From Candidatus Thiocaldithrix dubininis (GTDB lineage: Bacteria > Pseudomonadota > Gammaproteobacteria > Thiotrichales > Thiotrichaceae): a stretch of 64,000 nt of DNA. Shown one piece after another: positions 14,541 through 26,517 of the stretch; position 1 is the first letter of the stretch, and every line of letters starts with the position of its first letter. The stretch is from contig CP124755.1 of assembly GCA_029972135.1 (NCBI GenBank), positions 2,351,991 through 2,415,990 of the forward strand, read 5' to 3'. Below the pieces are notes generated by a model, which searched no databases, was not told where the DNA came from, and saw nothing but the letters and a program-made list of their open reading frames with translations. The position numbers and the translations under genes were made by a program.

Positions 14541-16241
14541 GTGGAACTGACCGGAGCCGAAATATTCGTTGAGTGTCTTAAGGAAGAAGGGGTTGAGACC
14601 ATCTTCGGTTACCCCGGTGGTGCGGTCCTGCATATTTATGATGCGTTATACAAAGCGCAACAGGACGTTAACCATATCCTTGTTAGACATGAGCAAGCCG
14701 CTGTACATGCGGCGGAAGGTTATGCCAAGGCAACCAATAAACCGGGCGTGGTGCTAGTGACTTCAGGTCCTGGTGCGACCAATGCGGTGACAGGGATTGC
14801 CGATGCTTATATGGACTCCGTGCCGCTAGTGGTGTTCACTGGGCAAGTGCCGCGTGCTTTAATTGGCAATGATGCATTTCAAGAAGTCGATATTGTGGGT
14901 ATTACCCGCCCCTGCGTAAAACATAACTTTTTAGTTACTGATGTTAAAGATTTAGCAACCACGATTAAAAAGGCGTTTTACATTGCCAGCACCGGACGCC
15001 CCGGTCCAGTATTGGTCGATATTCCCAAGGATATTACGGCTACGCGTTGCACCTTTGAATATCCGAAAGAAATTAGCATTCGTTCGTATAATCCCACCAT
15101 TAAAGGCAATAAGCGCCAAGTCCGTCGCGCCATTGATTTAATGTTAGAAGCCAAACGCCCTATTCTGTATACCGGCGGTGGCGTGGTGTTATCGGGTGCG
15201 TCTAAAGAATTAACAGCCTTTACGCGTGAAATGGGTTTCCCCATTACCAATACCCTAATGGGTTTGGGCGCATATCCGTCGATGGATCCGCAATTTGTGG
15301 GTATGTTAGGCATGCACGGCACGTATGAAGCCAATAATGCCATGCACGAATCTGACCTAGTGATTGCAATTGGTGCGCGTTTTGATGACCGTGTAACCGG
15401 CAATATCGAAAAATTCTGCCCTTACGCCAAGATCATTCATATTGATATTGACCCTGCGTCTATTTCCAAAAACGTGAAAGTCGATGTGCCGATTGTGGGC
15501 GATGTCAAACACGTATTGAATGAATTGATCGAAGAATTACATACGCGTACTGAACGCCCTGATAAAGCGGTATTAGCGGCTTGGTGGCAGCAGATTGAAG
15601 AATGGCGCAGCGCTAAATGCATGAAGTACACCCAAGATATGGAGGGGGCGATTCGTGCACAGTTCGTCATTGAAAAATTGTGGGAAGTCACCAACGGCGA
15701 TGCTTATGTGTGTTCAGACGTGGGGCAACACCAAATGTGGGCCGCGCAATACTACAAGTTCAGTCAGCCAAATCGTTGGATTAACTCCGGTGGCTTAGGC
15801 ACGATGGGCTTTGGTTTGCCCTCAGCAATGGGGGTGCAATTAGCCTACCCTGATGCGACCGTAGCTTGCGTAACCGGTGATGGCAGTATTCAAATGTGTA
15901 TTCAGGAATTAGCGACCTGTACCCAATACCGCCTACCCGTTAAAATTATCTGCTTAAATAACGGTTACTTAGGCATGGTACGTCAATGGCAAGAGTTCTT
16001 CTATGACAAACGCTACTCCATGTCTTATATGGATTCGCTGCCCGACTTCGTGAAATTAACCGAAGCTTATGGTCACGTTGGTATGCGTATTGAACGTCCG
16101 AGCGATGTTGAGGGCGCATTAAAAGAAGCATTAGCAATGAAAGATCGCTTAGTCTTTATGGACTTCATTACCATGCAAGAAAACAATGTGTACCCAATGG
16201 TTCCAGCGGGTGCGGGTCATAATGAAATGCTTCTTTTATAG
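14541..16241 (+). CDS. ilvI: acetolactate synthase large subunit
   Basis: 566 aa with a GTG start. It shows a ThDP enzyme pattern (GYPGGAVLHIYDAL, GLGTMGFGLPSAMG) and is followed by the small subunit. Confidence 0.93.
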   Translation: MELTGAEIFVECLKEEGVETIFGYPGGAVLHIYDALYKAQQDVNHILVRHEQAAVHAAEGYAKATNKPGVVLVTSGPGATNAVTGIADAYMDSVPLVVFTGQVPRALIGNDAFQEVDIVGITRPCVKHNFLVTDVKDLATTIKKAFYIASTGRPGPVLVDIPKDITATRCTFEYPKEISIRSYNPTIKGNKRQVRRAIDLMLEAKRPILYTGGGVVLSGASKELTAFTREMGFPITNTLMGLGAYPSMDPQFVGMLGMHGTYEANNAMHESDLVIAIGARFDDRVTGNIEKFCPYAKIIHIDIDPASISKNVKVDVPIVGDVKHVLNELIEELHTRTERPDKAVLAAWWQQIEEWRSAKCMKYTQDMEGAIRAQFVIEKLWEVTNGDAYVCSDVGQHQMWAAQYYKFSQPNRWINSGGLGTMGFGLPSAMGVQLAYPDATVACVTGDGSIQMCIQELATCTQYRLPVKIICLNNGYLGMVRQWQEFFYDKRYSMSYMDSLPDFVKLTEAYGHVGMRIERPSDVEGALKEALAMKDRLVFMDFITMQENNVYPMVPAGAGHNEMLLL

Positions 16242-16248
16242 GTGAAAC

Positions 16249-16743
16249 ATGCGGCATGTAATTTCCATCTTAATGGAGAATGAAGCAGGCGCGTTGTCGC
16301 GTGTTGCCGGATTATTCTCCGCGCGCGGTTACAATATTGAATCGTTAACCGTTGCACCAACTGAAGATGCAACCCTTTCACGTTTAACCTTGGTAACACG
16401 CGGTAGTGATGAAATTGTTGAACAGATAGTAAAGCAATTGCATAAACTGATTGATGTGGTGAAAGTCATGGACTTGCGCCAATACTCCCACATTGAACGC
16501 GAAATGATGTTTATTAAAGTCGCGGTTGATAAAAATGCGGCTTGTGATGCGGTTAAACGTCTATCCGATATTTTCCGGGGCAATATTATTGACGTAAGCG
16601 ATCATACTTATACGATTGAACTCACGGGTGATCGGACTAAGTTAGATGCTTTTGTGCATGCCTTAAGCGACCATCGCATTTTAGAAGTAGTGCGTTCCGG
16701 TAGTATGGGTATTGCACGCGGGCAAACCGCTTTACGTATTTAG
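16249..16743 (+). CDS. ilvH: acetolactate synthase small (regulatory) subunit
   Basis: 164 aa. The N-terminal ACT domain is ILMENEAGALSRVAGLFSARGYNIESLTV. Confidence 0.93.
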   Translation: MRHVISILMENEAGALSRVAGLFSARGYNIESLTVAPTEDATLSRLTLVTRGSDEIVEQIVKQLHKLIDVVKVMDLRQYSHIEREMMFIKVAVDKNAACDAVKRLSDIFRGNIIDVSDHTYTIELTGDRTKLDAFVHALSDHRILEVVRSGSMGIARGQTALRI

Positions 16744-16759
16744 ATAAAAGACTGATTAA

Positions 16760-17800
<1,041 letters not shown>

Positions 17801-17824
17801 GCCTTGCTTTAAACTATTGATGAT

Positions 17825-17850
17825 AAAAAAGCCCCGTTTGGGGCTTTTTT
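17825..17850. terminator. bidirectional rho-independent terminator
   Basis: aaaaaa-gcccc-gttt-ggggc-tttttt lies between convergent ilvC and recD. Confidence 0.8.
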
Positions 17851-19483
17851 ATAGCGCGGGCATCAACTGTTTTAAATGCGTATCAATTTGCGAACTGGGC
17901 GGTGTAACTTGCTGTAACGCTTTTAATAACGTGCTGCGTTTTGCCCAAATTTCCACTTGCGTTTTGGCACGGGTTACTGCGGTATATAACAATTCACGTC
18001 CTAACAAGCCCGACTCTTCTGCCTCCGGCAAAATCAACAAGACTTTATCAAACTCCGAGCCTTGGCTTTTATGAATCGTCATCGCCCATGCCGTTTCATG
18101 CGCAGGCAAACGCACAGGCGCGATAGCACGAAATTGTCCCGCTTGCTCCGTCGCAAAATACACCTTTAATTGTCCCTGTGCATCCAACAGACTAATGCCG
18201 ATATCACCATTAAATAGATTCTGCTGATAATCATTTTGCGTCACCATAATGGGACGCCCAACATACCAAGGGCGACGATTCGCAACAGGCGGCATTAAAC
18301 GTTGTATAGCAGTATCAATCCACGCATTTAACGCTTCTGCGCCCTGCTTGCCTTTACGTAATGGTGTTAAAATCCGCATAGCATTAAAGGCTTGAAAGGC
18401 TTCCGTTAATTGATTAGCTTTTACCGCTTGTATATACGCCTGCCATGCTTGTTTAAGCCAATCCAGTTCTAAACCTGTTTGCGTTTCATTTAAACTAACC
18501 GAGGCATAATCCGCCGTATCCAATACTTCCAGTAAGCGCAACGCATCAGCGGTTTGAATCGCTTTTGCCAATTGCCCTACTCCATCAGTCGCAGCAAACC
18601 GATAACTTTTTTGCAATACAACCGTATGCTGTGCTAAAGCTGTACCCGCGCATAAATCCCGAAAAATAGAACCGGTTTCCACCGAAGCTAACTGATCTTT
18701 GTCGCCTAATAAAATCAGTTTTGCGCTCGGCGGCACAGCCTCGACCAAATGCGTCATCATCGCAATATCAATCATAGAAGCTTCATCGACAATCACCACA
18801 TCAGCCGCCAAGGGATTTTGTGCACTGTGCCAGAAGCTGGTTTGCAATGGTCGATAACCCAATAAGCGATGTAAGGTTTGTGCTTGTTTGGGTAATTGCG
18901 CGATGATCTGCGCATCCAGTTGTAAGCGTTGGCTGGTATGTTGAATCGCTTCCTGCATACGCACGGCAGCTTTACCTGTGGGTGCAGCTAATAAAATTCG
19001 ATGCCCTGCCTTACCTTGCTGAATCAGTTCTGCCAAAATACGGGTAACCGTTGTGGTTTTACCCGTGCCAGGTCCGCCCGAAATAATCAAAAAGGCTTGT
19101 TGTAGCGCCAACTGCACCGCTTGGGTTTGCAAGTCGTCCCATACATGCGCAGGTCGCTTAAACGGTTTTATGCGTTGTGCCAAGCCTTGCGCTAAGCGCT
19201 GTTCATACTGCCAATACCGATATAACCAAGCATAGTGATCATTGGCAATAATCGGTTTATACTCCCCCGGCTTACCCACGACTGATAAGCCACATAACGC
19301 TTGCCAATCTTGATCCAGCCATACTTGGCGTGGTACAGCAATCACGCCTTCCCGCGTTTTGCTGCTTAAGCGCTGAATGAAGCTGCTTAATAAAGGCAAT
19401 TGTTCAGGAGCAATGCCGCCCAGCCGTTGTAGCAAGGCAGCCAATTGTTGATCTAGCGGATGTTGTGAAACGTTTGCCGTCAC
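17849..19483 (-). CDS. recD: exodeoxyribonuclease V alpha subunit RecD
   Basis: 544 aa. Walker A is [13 protein letters not shown], with [10 protein letters not shown] and the C-terminal SQGSEF..YTAVTRA. Its GTG start overlaps the galU stop (GTGA). Confidence 0.85.
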   Translation of the reverse strand: MTANVSQHPLDQQLAALLQRLGGIAPEQLPLLSSFIQRLSSKTREGVIAVPRQVWLDQDWQALCGLSVVGKPGEYKPIIANDHYAWLYRYWQYEQRLAQGLAQRIKPFKRPAHVWDDLQTQAVQLALQQAFLIISGGPGTGKTTTVTRILAELIQQGKAGHRILLAAPTGKAAVRMQEAIQHTSQRLQLDAQIIAQLPKQAQTLHRLLGYRPLQTSFWHSAQNPLAADVVIVDEASMIDIAMMTHLVEAVPPSAKLILLGDKDQLASVETGSIFRDLCAGTALAQHTVVLQKSYRFAATDGVGQLAKAIQTADALRLLEVLDTADYASVSLNETQTGLELDWLKQAWQAYIQAVKANQLTEAFQAFNAMRILTPLRKGKQGAEALNAWIDTAIQRLMPPVANRRPWYVGRPIMVTQNDYQQNLFNGDIGISLLDAQGQLKVYFATEQAGQFRAIAPVRLPAHETAWAMTIHKSQGSEFDKVLLILPEAEESGLLGRELLYTAVTRAKTQVEIWAKRSTLLKALQQVTPPSSQIDTHLKQLMPAL

Positions 19484-20388
19484 AGCGTTTTAGCGTAATT
19501 TTTCAAGAATTCACGAAATTCTGCGCCCAAATGCGGATGACGGGCGGCATATTCAACATTAGCTTGCATATAGCCTTGCTTAGAACCGCAATCATGGCTA
19601 CACCCTGTCATGTGATAAGCATTTACTTGGTACTCGCGCATTAATAAAGCGATAGTATCGGTTAATTGAATTTCATCACCTGCACCTAATGGCGTGCGTT
19701 TTAACCATCCCCACGTATGTGGTGCTAACACATAACGCCCCACCACTGCCAAATTAGACGGTGCATCTTCTTGGCGTGGTTTTTCGATAATCGCACTCAT
19801 AGCAACCGATTCACCTGGCACTAACTCATGCCCATTAATGTCTACCACGCCATAGGAAGAAACTAGTTCCGTCGGCACAGGTTCGACCATAACTTGGCTA
19901 TAACCGGTTTCATCATATAAGCGCAGCATCTCCGCCAAATTTTCTTTACGCAAATCACTGGCATATTCATCTAAGATGACATCTGGCAACACCACTGCAA
20001 ACGGTTCATTGCCAACTAAAGGGTGCGCACACATAATCGCATGTCCTAAGCCTTTGGCTTGCCCTTGCCGCACATGCATAATCGTAACATCACTCGGACA
20101 AATCGAGCGCACTTCCTCTAATAACTGACGTTTGACGCGCTTTTCCAGCATGGTCTCTAATTCAAAGCTGGTATCAAAATGATTTTCGATGGAATTTTTA
20201 CTGGAATGCGTGACTAATACAATCTCACGAATCCCGGCGGCAACACATTCGCCCACCACGTATTGAATCAAGGGTTTATCCACAATAGGTAGCATTTCTT
20301 TTGGAATCGCTTTGGTCGCGGGTAGCATACGGGTGCCCAAACCGGCTACGGGAATGACCGCTTTGCGAACTTTATGGTTGTAATGCAT
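19480..20388 (-). CDS. galU: UTP-glucose-1-phosphate uridylyltransferase
   Basis: 302 aa with [35 protein letters not shown]. Confidence 0.93.
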   Translation of the reverse strand: MHYNHKVRKAVIPVAGLGTRMLPATKAIPKEMLPIVDKPLIQYVVGECVAAGIREIVLVTHSSKNSIENHFDTSFELETMLEKRVKRQLLEEVRSICPSDVTIMHVRQGQAKGLGHAIMCAHPLVGNEPFAVVLPDVILDEYASDLRKENLAEMLRLYDETGYSQVMVEPVPTELVSSYGVVDINGHELVPGESVAMSAIIEKPRQEDAPSNLAVVGRYVLAPHTWGWLKRTPLGAGDEIQLTDTIALLMREYQVNAYHMTGCSHDCGSKQGYMQANVEYAARHPHLGAEFREFLKNYAKTL

Positions 20389-20550
20389 GCCTTGTTCTAT
20401 CCTCTGCTGTTTTTTAAGTAATAATCGAATAAATTTTACCGTAGCGCTAAGCGTTTAGCACGGATTCCCTATTTTAAATTTAACACAAGTCTAGCGACGG
20501 ATTTGTTACTATAGCTGCCCTTTTGCCAGTTCCATAATACGATAATCTGC

Positions 20551-22542
20551 ATGCAAGGTCTCAATTCCCAACAACGCGCCGCCGTTACGCATCTTGGTTC
20601 ACCCTTACTGGTATTGGCAGGGGCTGGCAGTGGCAAAACCCGTGTCATTACCCAAAAAATTGCATGGCTGATTCAAAACGGCATTCACAGCGCGGAGCAA
20701 ATTGCCGCCATTACATTTACCAATAAAGCGGCGCGTGAAATGCGCGAACGGGCAAGCCATTTACTGACAAAAGAAGCCGCCAAAGGCTTAACGGTCGCCA
20801 CGTTTCATACATTGGGTCTGAGTATTATTAAGCGCGAAATTAAACAACTGGGTTATAAAACTGGTTTTAGTATTTTGGATGCACAGGATAGTGCTGCGAT
20901 TTTAAAAGAATTAGCGCATAAAGAAGAAGTTGAGGAAATTGATAATTTACGTTTTTTAATTTCACGTTGGAAAAATGATTTTATTGATGTGGAACAGGCA
21001 CACAAATTAGCATTAACGGCTGAAGAAAAGTTGGCAGCACGTTTATATGAACAATATCAGCGGCAAATTAAAGCCTATAATGCGGTTGATTTTGACGATT
21101 TAATCGTCTTGCCTGTTAGATTATTTGAAAGTAAGCCAGAAGTATTAACCTATTGGCAACAGAAATTACGCTATTTATTAATAGATGAATATCAAGATAC
21201 GAATATTTGCCAATATAAATTGATTCGTTTATTAGCAGGCTTACGCGGTGCATTTACGGCAGTAGGCGATGATGATCAATCTATTTATGCGTGGCGTGGC
21301 GCTCGTCCTGAAAATATTCAGCAATTACAAAGCGATTACCCTCACTTAAAAGTCATTAAACTCGAACAAAATTACCGCTCGACTAAGCGTATTTTAGAAT
21401 CAGCCAACCAATTAATTGCTTTTAATCCGCATTTATTTACCAAAAACTTATGGAGTACCTTGGGTGAAGGTGAGCGTATTAAAGTGATTCCTTGTCGTTC
21501 GCCGGAACATGAAGCAGAAAAAATTGCAGGTGAAATTTTAAAAGCTAAGTTTAAGGAAAATCTCGCCTTTAAAGATATTGCCATTTTATACCGTGGTAAT
21601 CACCAGAGCCGTTTATTTGAAAAAGTCTTACGTGAAAATAACTTACCTTACAAACTCAGCGGGGGTACATCGTTTTTTGAACGCGCTGAAGTTAAAGATA
21701 TTTTGGCTTATTTACGATTAATTGTGAATCCCATGGACGATGCGGCATTTTTACGTATTATCAATACACCTAAGCGTGAAATTGGCACAAGCACTTTAGA
21801 AAAATTAGGGCAATACGCGCATGAACGGCATATTCCTTTATTAGCAGCCGCGCAAGAATTGGGATTTGCGCAACGAATAAATGCTAAAGCTCAACAACGT
21901 TTAGCGACTTTTATCAGTTGGTTAACTCATATTAGCCAACCCGCGATACAATTAGAACCAGCCGCCTTAATTCGCCAAGTGATTCAAGAAATTGCCTATG
22001 AAGATTGGTTAAAAGATACTTGTAATACGCCCAAACAAGCCGAAAACCGTATGAAAAACGTTTGGGAAATTGCCGATTGGGCAAATAAGTTATATGTGGA
22101 AGGCAAAGAAACTTTAGCAGATATTATTGCACACATGAGCTTGGTGGATTTATTAGAACGTAATAGCGAAGAACAAGCGCAAGATCAAATTAGTTTAATG
22201 ACCTTGCACGCCGCAAAAGGCTTAGAATTTCCCACGGTATTTTTAATTGGTATGGAAGAGGAGTTATTACCTCACACTAATAGTTTAGATGCCAATGGTA
22301 TTCAAGAAGAACGCCGTCTAGCTTATGTGGGTATTACGCGAGCGCAAAGAAATTTAATTATTACTTATGCTAAAACTCGCTCTCGTTATGGTGAAACCAG
22401 CACCACAGAACCCAGTCGCTTTTTAGAAGAACTCCCACCCGAACATTTAGAATGGGAGGACAAAAAATTCATAACCCATGAAGAACGCCACGCCACGACT
22501 AAAGCTTATGTGGCTAATTTAAAAGATTTGTTGGGCGATTAA
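20551..22542 (+). CDS. rep: ATP-dependent DNA helicase Rep
   Basis: 663 aa. LVLAGAGSGKTRVITQKIAWLI and AITFTNKAAREM are collinear by eye with E. coli Rep. Confidence 0.88.
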   Translation: MQGLNSQQRAAVTHLGSPLLVLAGAGSGKTRVITQKIAWLIQNGIHSAEQIAAITFTNKAAREMRERASHLLTKEAAKGLTVATFHTLGLSIIKREIKQLGYKTGFSILDAQDSAAILKELAHKEEVEEIDNLRFLISRWKNDFIDVEQAHKLALTAEEKLAARLYEQYQRQIKAYNAVDFDDLIVLPVRLFESKPEVLTYWQQKLRYLLIDEYQDTNICQYKLIRLLAGLRGAFTAVGDDDQSIYAWRGARPENIQQLQSDYPHLKVIKLEQNYRSTKRILESANQLIAFNPHLFTKNLWSTLGEGERIKVIPCRSPEHEAEKIAGEILKAKFKENLAFKDIAILYRGNHQSRLFEKVLRENNLPYKLSGGTSFFERAEVKDILAYLRLIVNPMDDAAFLRIINTPKREIGTSTLEKLGQYAHERHIPLLAAAQELGFAQRINAKAQQRLATFISWLTHISQPAIQLEPAALIRQVIQEIAYEDWLKDTCNTPKQAENRMKNVWEIADWANKLYVEGKETLADIIAHMSLVDLLERNSEEQAQDQISLMTLHAAKGLEFPTVFLIGMEEELLPHTNSLDANGIQEERRLAYVGITRAQRNLIITYAKTRSRYGETSTTEPSRFLEELPPEHLEWEDKKFITHEERHATTKAYVANLKDLLGD

Positions 22543-23748
22543 TTACCACCGCGTTGGTTGATAATCTTTCAAAAATAAACCGTAATATAAATTGCCGCGC
22601 ATGGCATCCCAAATGGGCGCTAGCACCCGTGCCGCACCATCCACACAATCCAACGGCGGTACCATACCGCTTAAACGATTTTTTTGCCGGGTAGCAAACG
22701 GGTCTTCAATCGTCACCCAACCCGTATCCACGCTATTCATATAAATCTCATCACGCACATAATCCATTGCCGCAGTGCGCGTTAGCATATTTAAAGCCGC
22801 TTTTGCCATATTGGTATGCGGGTGGTAATGAGTTTTGTTGAACCGATTAAACTGCCCTTCCATTGCCGAAACATTGACAATAAAACGTCGGTTTTGACTG
22901 CGCATGAATAGCGGTTTTAACTGGCTACACAGCATAAACGGCACAATGGAATTCACCACTTGCGTTTCAACCAATTCACGGGTTGGTACCGTGGCTAAGG
23001 TTTCACGCCAACTATTGTGTTCGCGCAGATCCAAAGGCTCATTGAATTCATCTAAAGCAATGGCTTGCGGCTGGGATACCGCTAAAGCGTTAGCGTTTGT
23101 CGGGTGTGCCCATTGCAAAATCTGTTTAGTGTGCGGTAAACAGTGCGCTTCTTGTTGAATTAACGGCAAATAATAATCCACGGGACGTGTAATCGTTTGC
23201 GCCGCGTTATTGATTAAAATATCCAGTTTTGGAAAGACGTTTTGCACATCAACAATCAACTGTTGTACGGCTTCTAGGGAACGAAAATCAATGCCATACA
23301 CATACAAACGTGCTTGCCATTCGGCAAAATCTGGCTGAGCTTGAAAGCGTTGATAGGCATTATTGGCAAAACGCGTGGTTAGCAACACCGTCGCCCCCGC
23401 CCGCAATAACATTAAGGCAATGTCAAAGCCGATCTTGATTCGCCCGCCCGTCAGTAGCGCGTGATAGCCAGTTAAATCCGCTGTATCGCTACGCCGTGCA
23501 TAATTTTCAGCGGCACAGCTTGGGCAAAGCCGATGATAAAAATGATGCAATGCTTGAAAGGGCTGCTTACACACATAGCATTTAGTCGGCTTAATCAGTT
23601 TTGCGTGGGGCACAGGCAATAAGGCTTGGAACGGTGTGTGATAACGCTGACCTTGGCTATTAAAAAACGGTTCTTGTTGGCAGCGTTGTGTGCTTTCGAT
23701 TAACACACGGTCATGCAACACTCGTTGCGCTTTCGTTAAATTTTTCAT
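22543..23748 (-). CDS. SDR-family oxidoreductase with an N-terminal CxxC...CxxC region
   Basis: Start was chosen at MKNLTKAQ (an ATGA overlap with the upstream gene). The Rossmann motif is LLTGGRIKIG, with NNAAQ. The Zn-ribbon-like segment is CYVCKQ...CPSC. Confidence 0.7.
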   Translation of the reverse strand: MKNLTKAQRVLHDRVLIESTQRCQQEPFFNSQGQRYHTPFQALLPVPHAKLIKPTKCYVCKQPFQALHHFYHRLCPSCAAENYARRSDTADLTGYHALLTGGRIKIGFDIALMLLRAGATVLLTTRFANNAYQRFQAQPDFAEWQARLYVYGIDFRSLEAVQQLIVDVQNVFPKLDILINNAAQTITRPVDYYLPLIQQEAHCLPHTKQILQWAHPTNANALAVSQPQAIALDEFNEPLDLREHNSWRETLATVPTRELVETQVVNSIVPFMLCSQLKPLFMRSQNRRFIVNVSAMEGQFNRFNKTHYHPHTNMAKAALNMLTRTAAMDYVRDEIYMNSVDTGWVTIEDPFATRQKNRLSGMVPPLDCVDGAARVLAPIWDAMRGNLYYGLFLKDYQPTRW

Positions 23749-24788
23749 ACTGCTACCCCCATAATCGTGTTGAGTGCCTGCTCTACCCGTGCATAATGTG
23801 AACCCTGCCAATAGATTTGTTGACACTGCGGGCATTGGGTGAAATGCTCTTGCAGTTCTGCCACTTTTTCTGGAATGGAGGCTAACACAGCTTGTTTTGA
23901 TACGACCTGTACGGCGGTATTGCATTTGACACAACGCTTGCCTAACTCAATTAAAGGCTGCAATTCATACAAGCTGATAATTTCCTGCCATTGGGCTAAC
24001 ACTTCGGTTTGACGTACCCAATGTCCGTATTGCACTTTAGAACGCTTCAATGCACCAATATCGCGGGATAGGAAAATACGTTGTTCATCAGCGGCAATTT
24101 GTGCCAAAGCATCATCGCCCTGATCAACATTGCTATACCAACAATCAAAATTACATAAGCGTAAATAACGCGCTAAGCCGCCTAAATGCACATCCAACAC
24201 AAAACGCGGCTTATTGCCTACATATAAAGGCACAATAGGCTTGGCATGCGGAAAGCTGAATACCTCAACTTGATCCTGATCGTTTAACAAATAATCAAAA
24301 TTTACCCAAGTTTGATTAACTTGAATCGCCGCTACTTCCACATGCGGTACACCTAGCGATTCCACCACATTTTTAATCGACGGCTTATCATCAAACGCCA
24401 ATTGCATCACTGGATTAGACACAAAATCCAAGCAAGCGCCATGAAAACGCAATTGGCTTTGATACATATACGTCGTCATTTGTGGATAATGGCGTAAAAC
24501 GTGATGCCATAATTGCAAAATTAAGGCTTTGGTTTGAATTTGATTCAGATGCGTAATGCGCGCAAATTGCTGTACCCATGTTGGAAACCACGCTTGAATT
24601 TGCGCCGATGACAACGTAATGGCTTGTTGAATCAAGGAAGTAGTGTGGTAATGGTGATGATGCTTAAAGCCATACAATTGCGCCAAATAATCAATAGCTT
24701 GTGTATGTTTTAAAGGTGGGCGCGGCCAATGTTTAACTAAGAGTTTGGCTTGTTTTTTAAATAAAACGGCTGGAATGAGTAAGGTCAT
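23745..24788 (-). CDS. Mut7-C RNase (PIN-like, DUF82) domain protein with a C-terminal zinc ribbon
   Basis: 347 aa. It contains FVLDVHLGGLARYLRLCNFD, then CVKCN...CPQCQQIYWQGSHY. Confidence 0.65.
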   Translation of the reverse strand: MTLLIPAVLFKKQAKLLVKHWPRPPLKHTQAIDYLAQLYGFKHHHHYHTTSLIQQAITLSSAQIQAWFPTWVQQFARITHLNQIQTKALILQLWHHVLRHYPQMTTYMYQSQLRFHGACLDFVSNPVMQLAFDDKPSIKNVVESLGVPHVEVAAIQVNQTWVNFDYLLNDQDQVEVFSFPHAKPIVPLYVGNKPRFVLDVHLGGLARYLRLCNFDCWYSNVDQGDDALAQIAADEQRIFLSRDIGALKRSKVQYGHWVRQTEVLAQWQEIISLYELQPLIELGKRCVKCNTAVQVVSKQAVLASIPEKVAELQEHFTQCPQCQQIYWQGSHYARVEQALNTIMGVAV

Positions 24789-25089
24789 AACACCAATCTT
24801 CAGGTTTCAAGGTACTACCCGCCCACTCTGAGTACGATACTAACCTGTTGATTGCGTTAATAAAGGTTTTAACACACTTCATGATAAGTCATCTTTTCTT
24901 GTGGGCAGAAGGGATTGAAGCACTCCCGAATGCGTATAAGCCTAAAAGATGTATTTCGCTTTGTCTAGTCCCATCGGTCAGTGTTCCGGCTACGCCCAAC
25001 GCATAGGCTGTATATGTTTAGTGGTAGCTGACCAGTGGCTTGGTTATAATGCGCCACTTTAGATTATTCGTTGCAGGAATTGGGAAGCA

Positions 25090-26310
25090 ATGGCGCAAGC
25101 AGTCAAAAAAGTCGTATTGGCTTATTCCGGTGGTTTGGATACCTCCATTATCGTGCGTTGGTTACAAGAAAATTATCAATGTGAAGTAGTAACCTTTACG
25201 GCGGATATTGGGCAAGGCGAAGAAGTTGAACCAGCCCGTGCCAAAGCCATCGCAATGGGTGTAAAACCCGAAGAAATTTATATCGAAGATTTGCGCGAAG
25301 AATTTGTACGCGATTACGTGTTCCCCATGTTCCGCGCCAATACCATTTATGAAGGCGAGTACTTACTAGGCACTTCGATTGCGCGCCCCTTGATTGCCAA
25401 ACGCTTGGTCGAAATTGCCAATGAAACCGGCGCGGATGCGATTTCACACGGCGCAACGGGTAAAGGTAATGACCAAGTACGCTTTGAATTAGGCGCGTAT
25501 GCCTTAAAACCGGGTGTTAAAGTGATCGCGCCGTGGCGTGAGTGGGATTTGAACTCGCGTGAAGCCTTAATGAACTACGCCGAGAAACATGATATTCCTA
25601 TCGACTTTAAAAAAACCGGTAAAAAATCACCTTATTCAATGGATGCCAACCTCTTACACATTTCTTATGAAGGTGGCCCCTTAGAAGACCCGTGGTTTGA
25701 AGCAGAAGAAGATATGTGGCGTTGGAGCGTTTCCCCAGAGAAAGCACCTGATAAACCCACCTATATCGACATTACCTTTGAAAATGGTGATGCAGTGGCG
25801 TTAGACGGTATGCGTATGAGCCCGGCTGCGTTATTAGCTACTTTAAACAAATTGGGTGGCGCACACGGTATTGGTCGCTTGGACTTAGTGGAAAACCGCT
25901 ATGTTGGCATGAAATCACGCGGTTGTTATGAAACACCCGGCGGTACAATTTTATTACCCGCACACCGGGCGATTGAATCGTTAACTTTAGATCGTGAAGT
26001 CGCGCATTTGAAAGATAGCTTAATGCCGAAATACGCAGAAATGATTTACAACGGTTACTGGTGGAGTCCCGAACGTAAAATGATGCAGGCAATGATTGAT
26101 GCCTCACAAGCGTTTGTAAATGGCGTGGTACGCATGAAATTGTATAAAGGTGCGGCGATTGTGGCAGGTCGTAAATCAGACGACAGTTTATTTGATGCCA
26201 AAATTGCGACTTTTGACGACGATGGCGGTGCTTATAACCAAAAAGATGCAGAAGGCTTCATTAAGTTGAACGCGTTACGCATGCGCATTGCTGCCTTGAA
26301 AGGTCGTTAA
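25090..26310 (+). CDS. argG: argininosuccinate synthase
   Basis: 406 aa with AYSGGLDTS and [14 protein letters not shown]. Confidence 0.95.
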   Translation: MAQAVKKVVLAYSGGLDTSIIVRWLQENYQCEVVTFTADIGQGEEVEPARAKAIAMGVKPEEIYIEDLREEFVRDYVFPMFRANTIYEGEYLLGTSIARPLIAKRLVEIANETGADAISHGATGKGNDQVRFELGAYALKPGVKVIAPWREWDLNSREALMNYAEKHDIPIDFKKTGKKSPYSMDANLLHISYEGGPLEDPWFEAEEDMWRWSVSPEKAPDKPTYIDITFENGDAVALDGMRMSPAALLATLNKLGGAHGIGRLDLVENRYVGMKSRGCYETPGGTILLPAHRAIESLTLDREVAHLKDSLMPKYAEMIYNGYWWSPERKMMQAMIDASQAFVNGVVRMKLYKGAAIVAGRKSDDSLFDAKIATFDDDGGAYNQKDAEGFIKLNALRMRIAALKGR

Positions 26311-26513
26311 TGGAAGCACGCTTAGAAAAGCTGGAGCTTTTGTATATGCAGCAAGAGCAAACCATCGAAACACTAAGCCAGCAGCTTTATTTGCAGCAAC
26401 AAGAGATACGTCACTTGTTGTTGCAGATGGAGCAACTGAAAGAGCGTATGAAAGCGATGGCCAGTTCGATTGTAGCCACGGCTGCCGAAGAAACCCCGCC
26501 CCCACACTATTAA
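26310..26513 (+). CDS. slyX: SlyX-family coiled-coil protein
   Basis: 67 aa. LEKLELLYMQQEQTIETLSQQLYLQQQEI is typical of SlyX. Confidence 0.7.
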   Translation: MEARLEKLELLYMQQEQTIETLSQQLYLQQQEIRHLLLQMEQLKERMKAMASSIVATAAEETPPPHY

Positions 26514-26517
26514 CCTC

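Noticed and set aside
14978-15403. 141-aa antisense ORF inside ilvI, plus the many 60-130-aa antisense ORFs inside cbbO, cbbM, ftsH, nuo genes, recD and others
   Set aside because: All are embedded in strongly supported genes on the opposite strand. None has an RBS or a recognisable motif.
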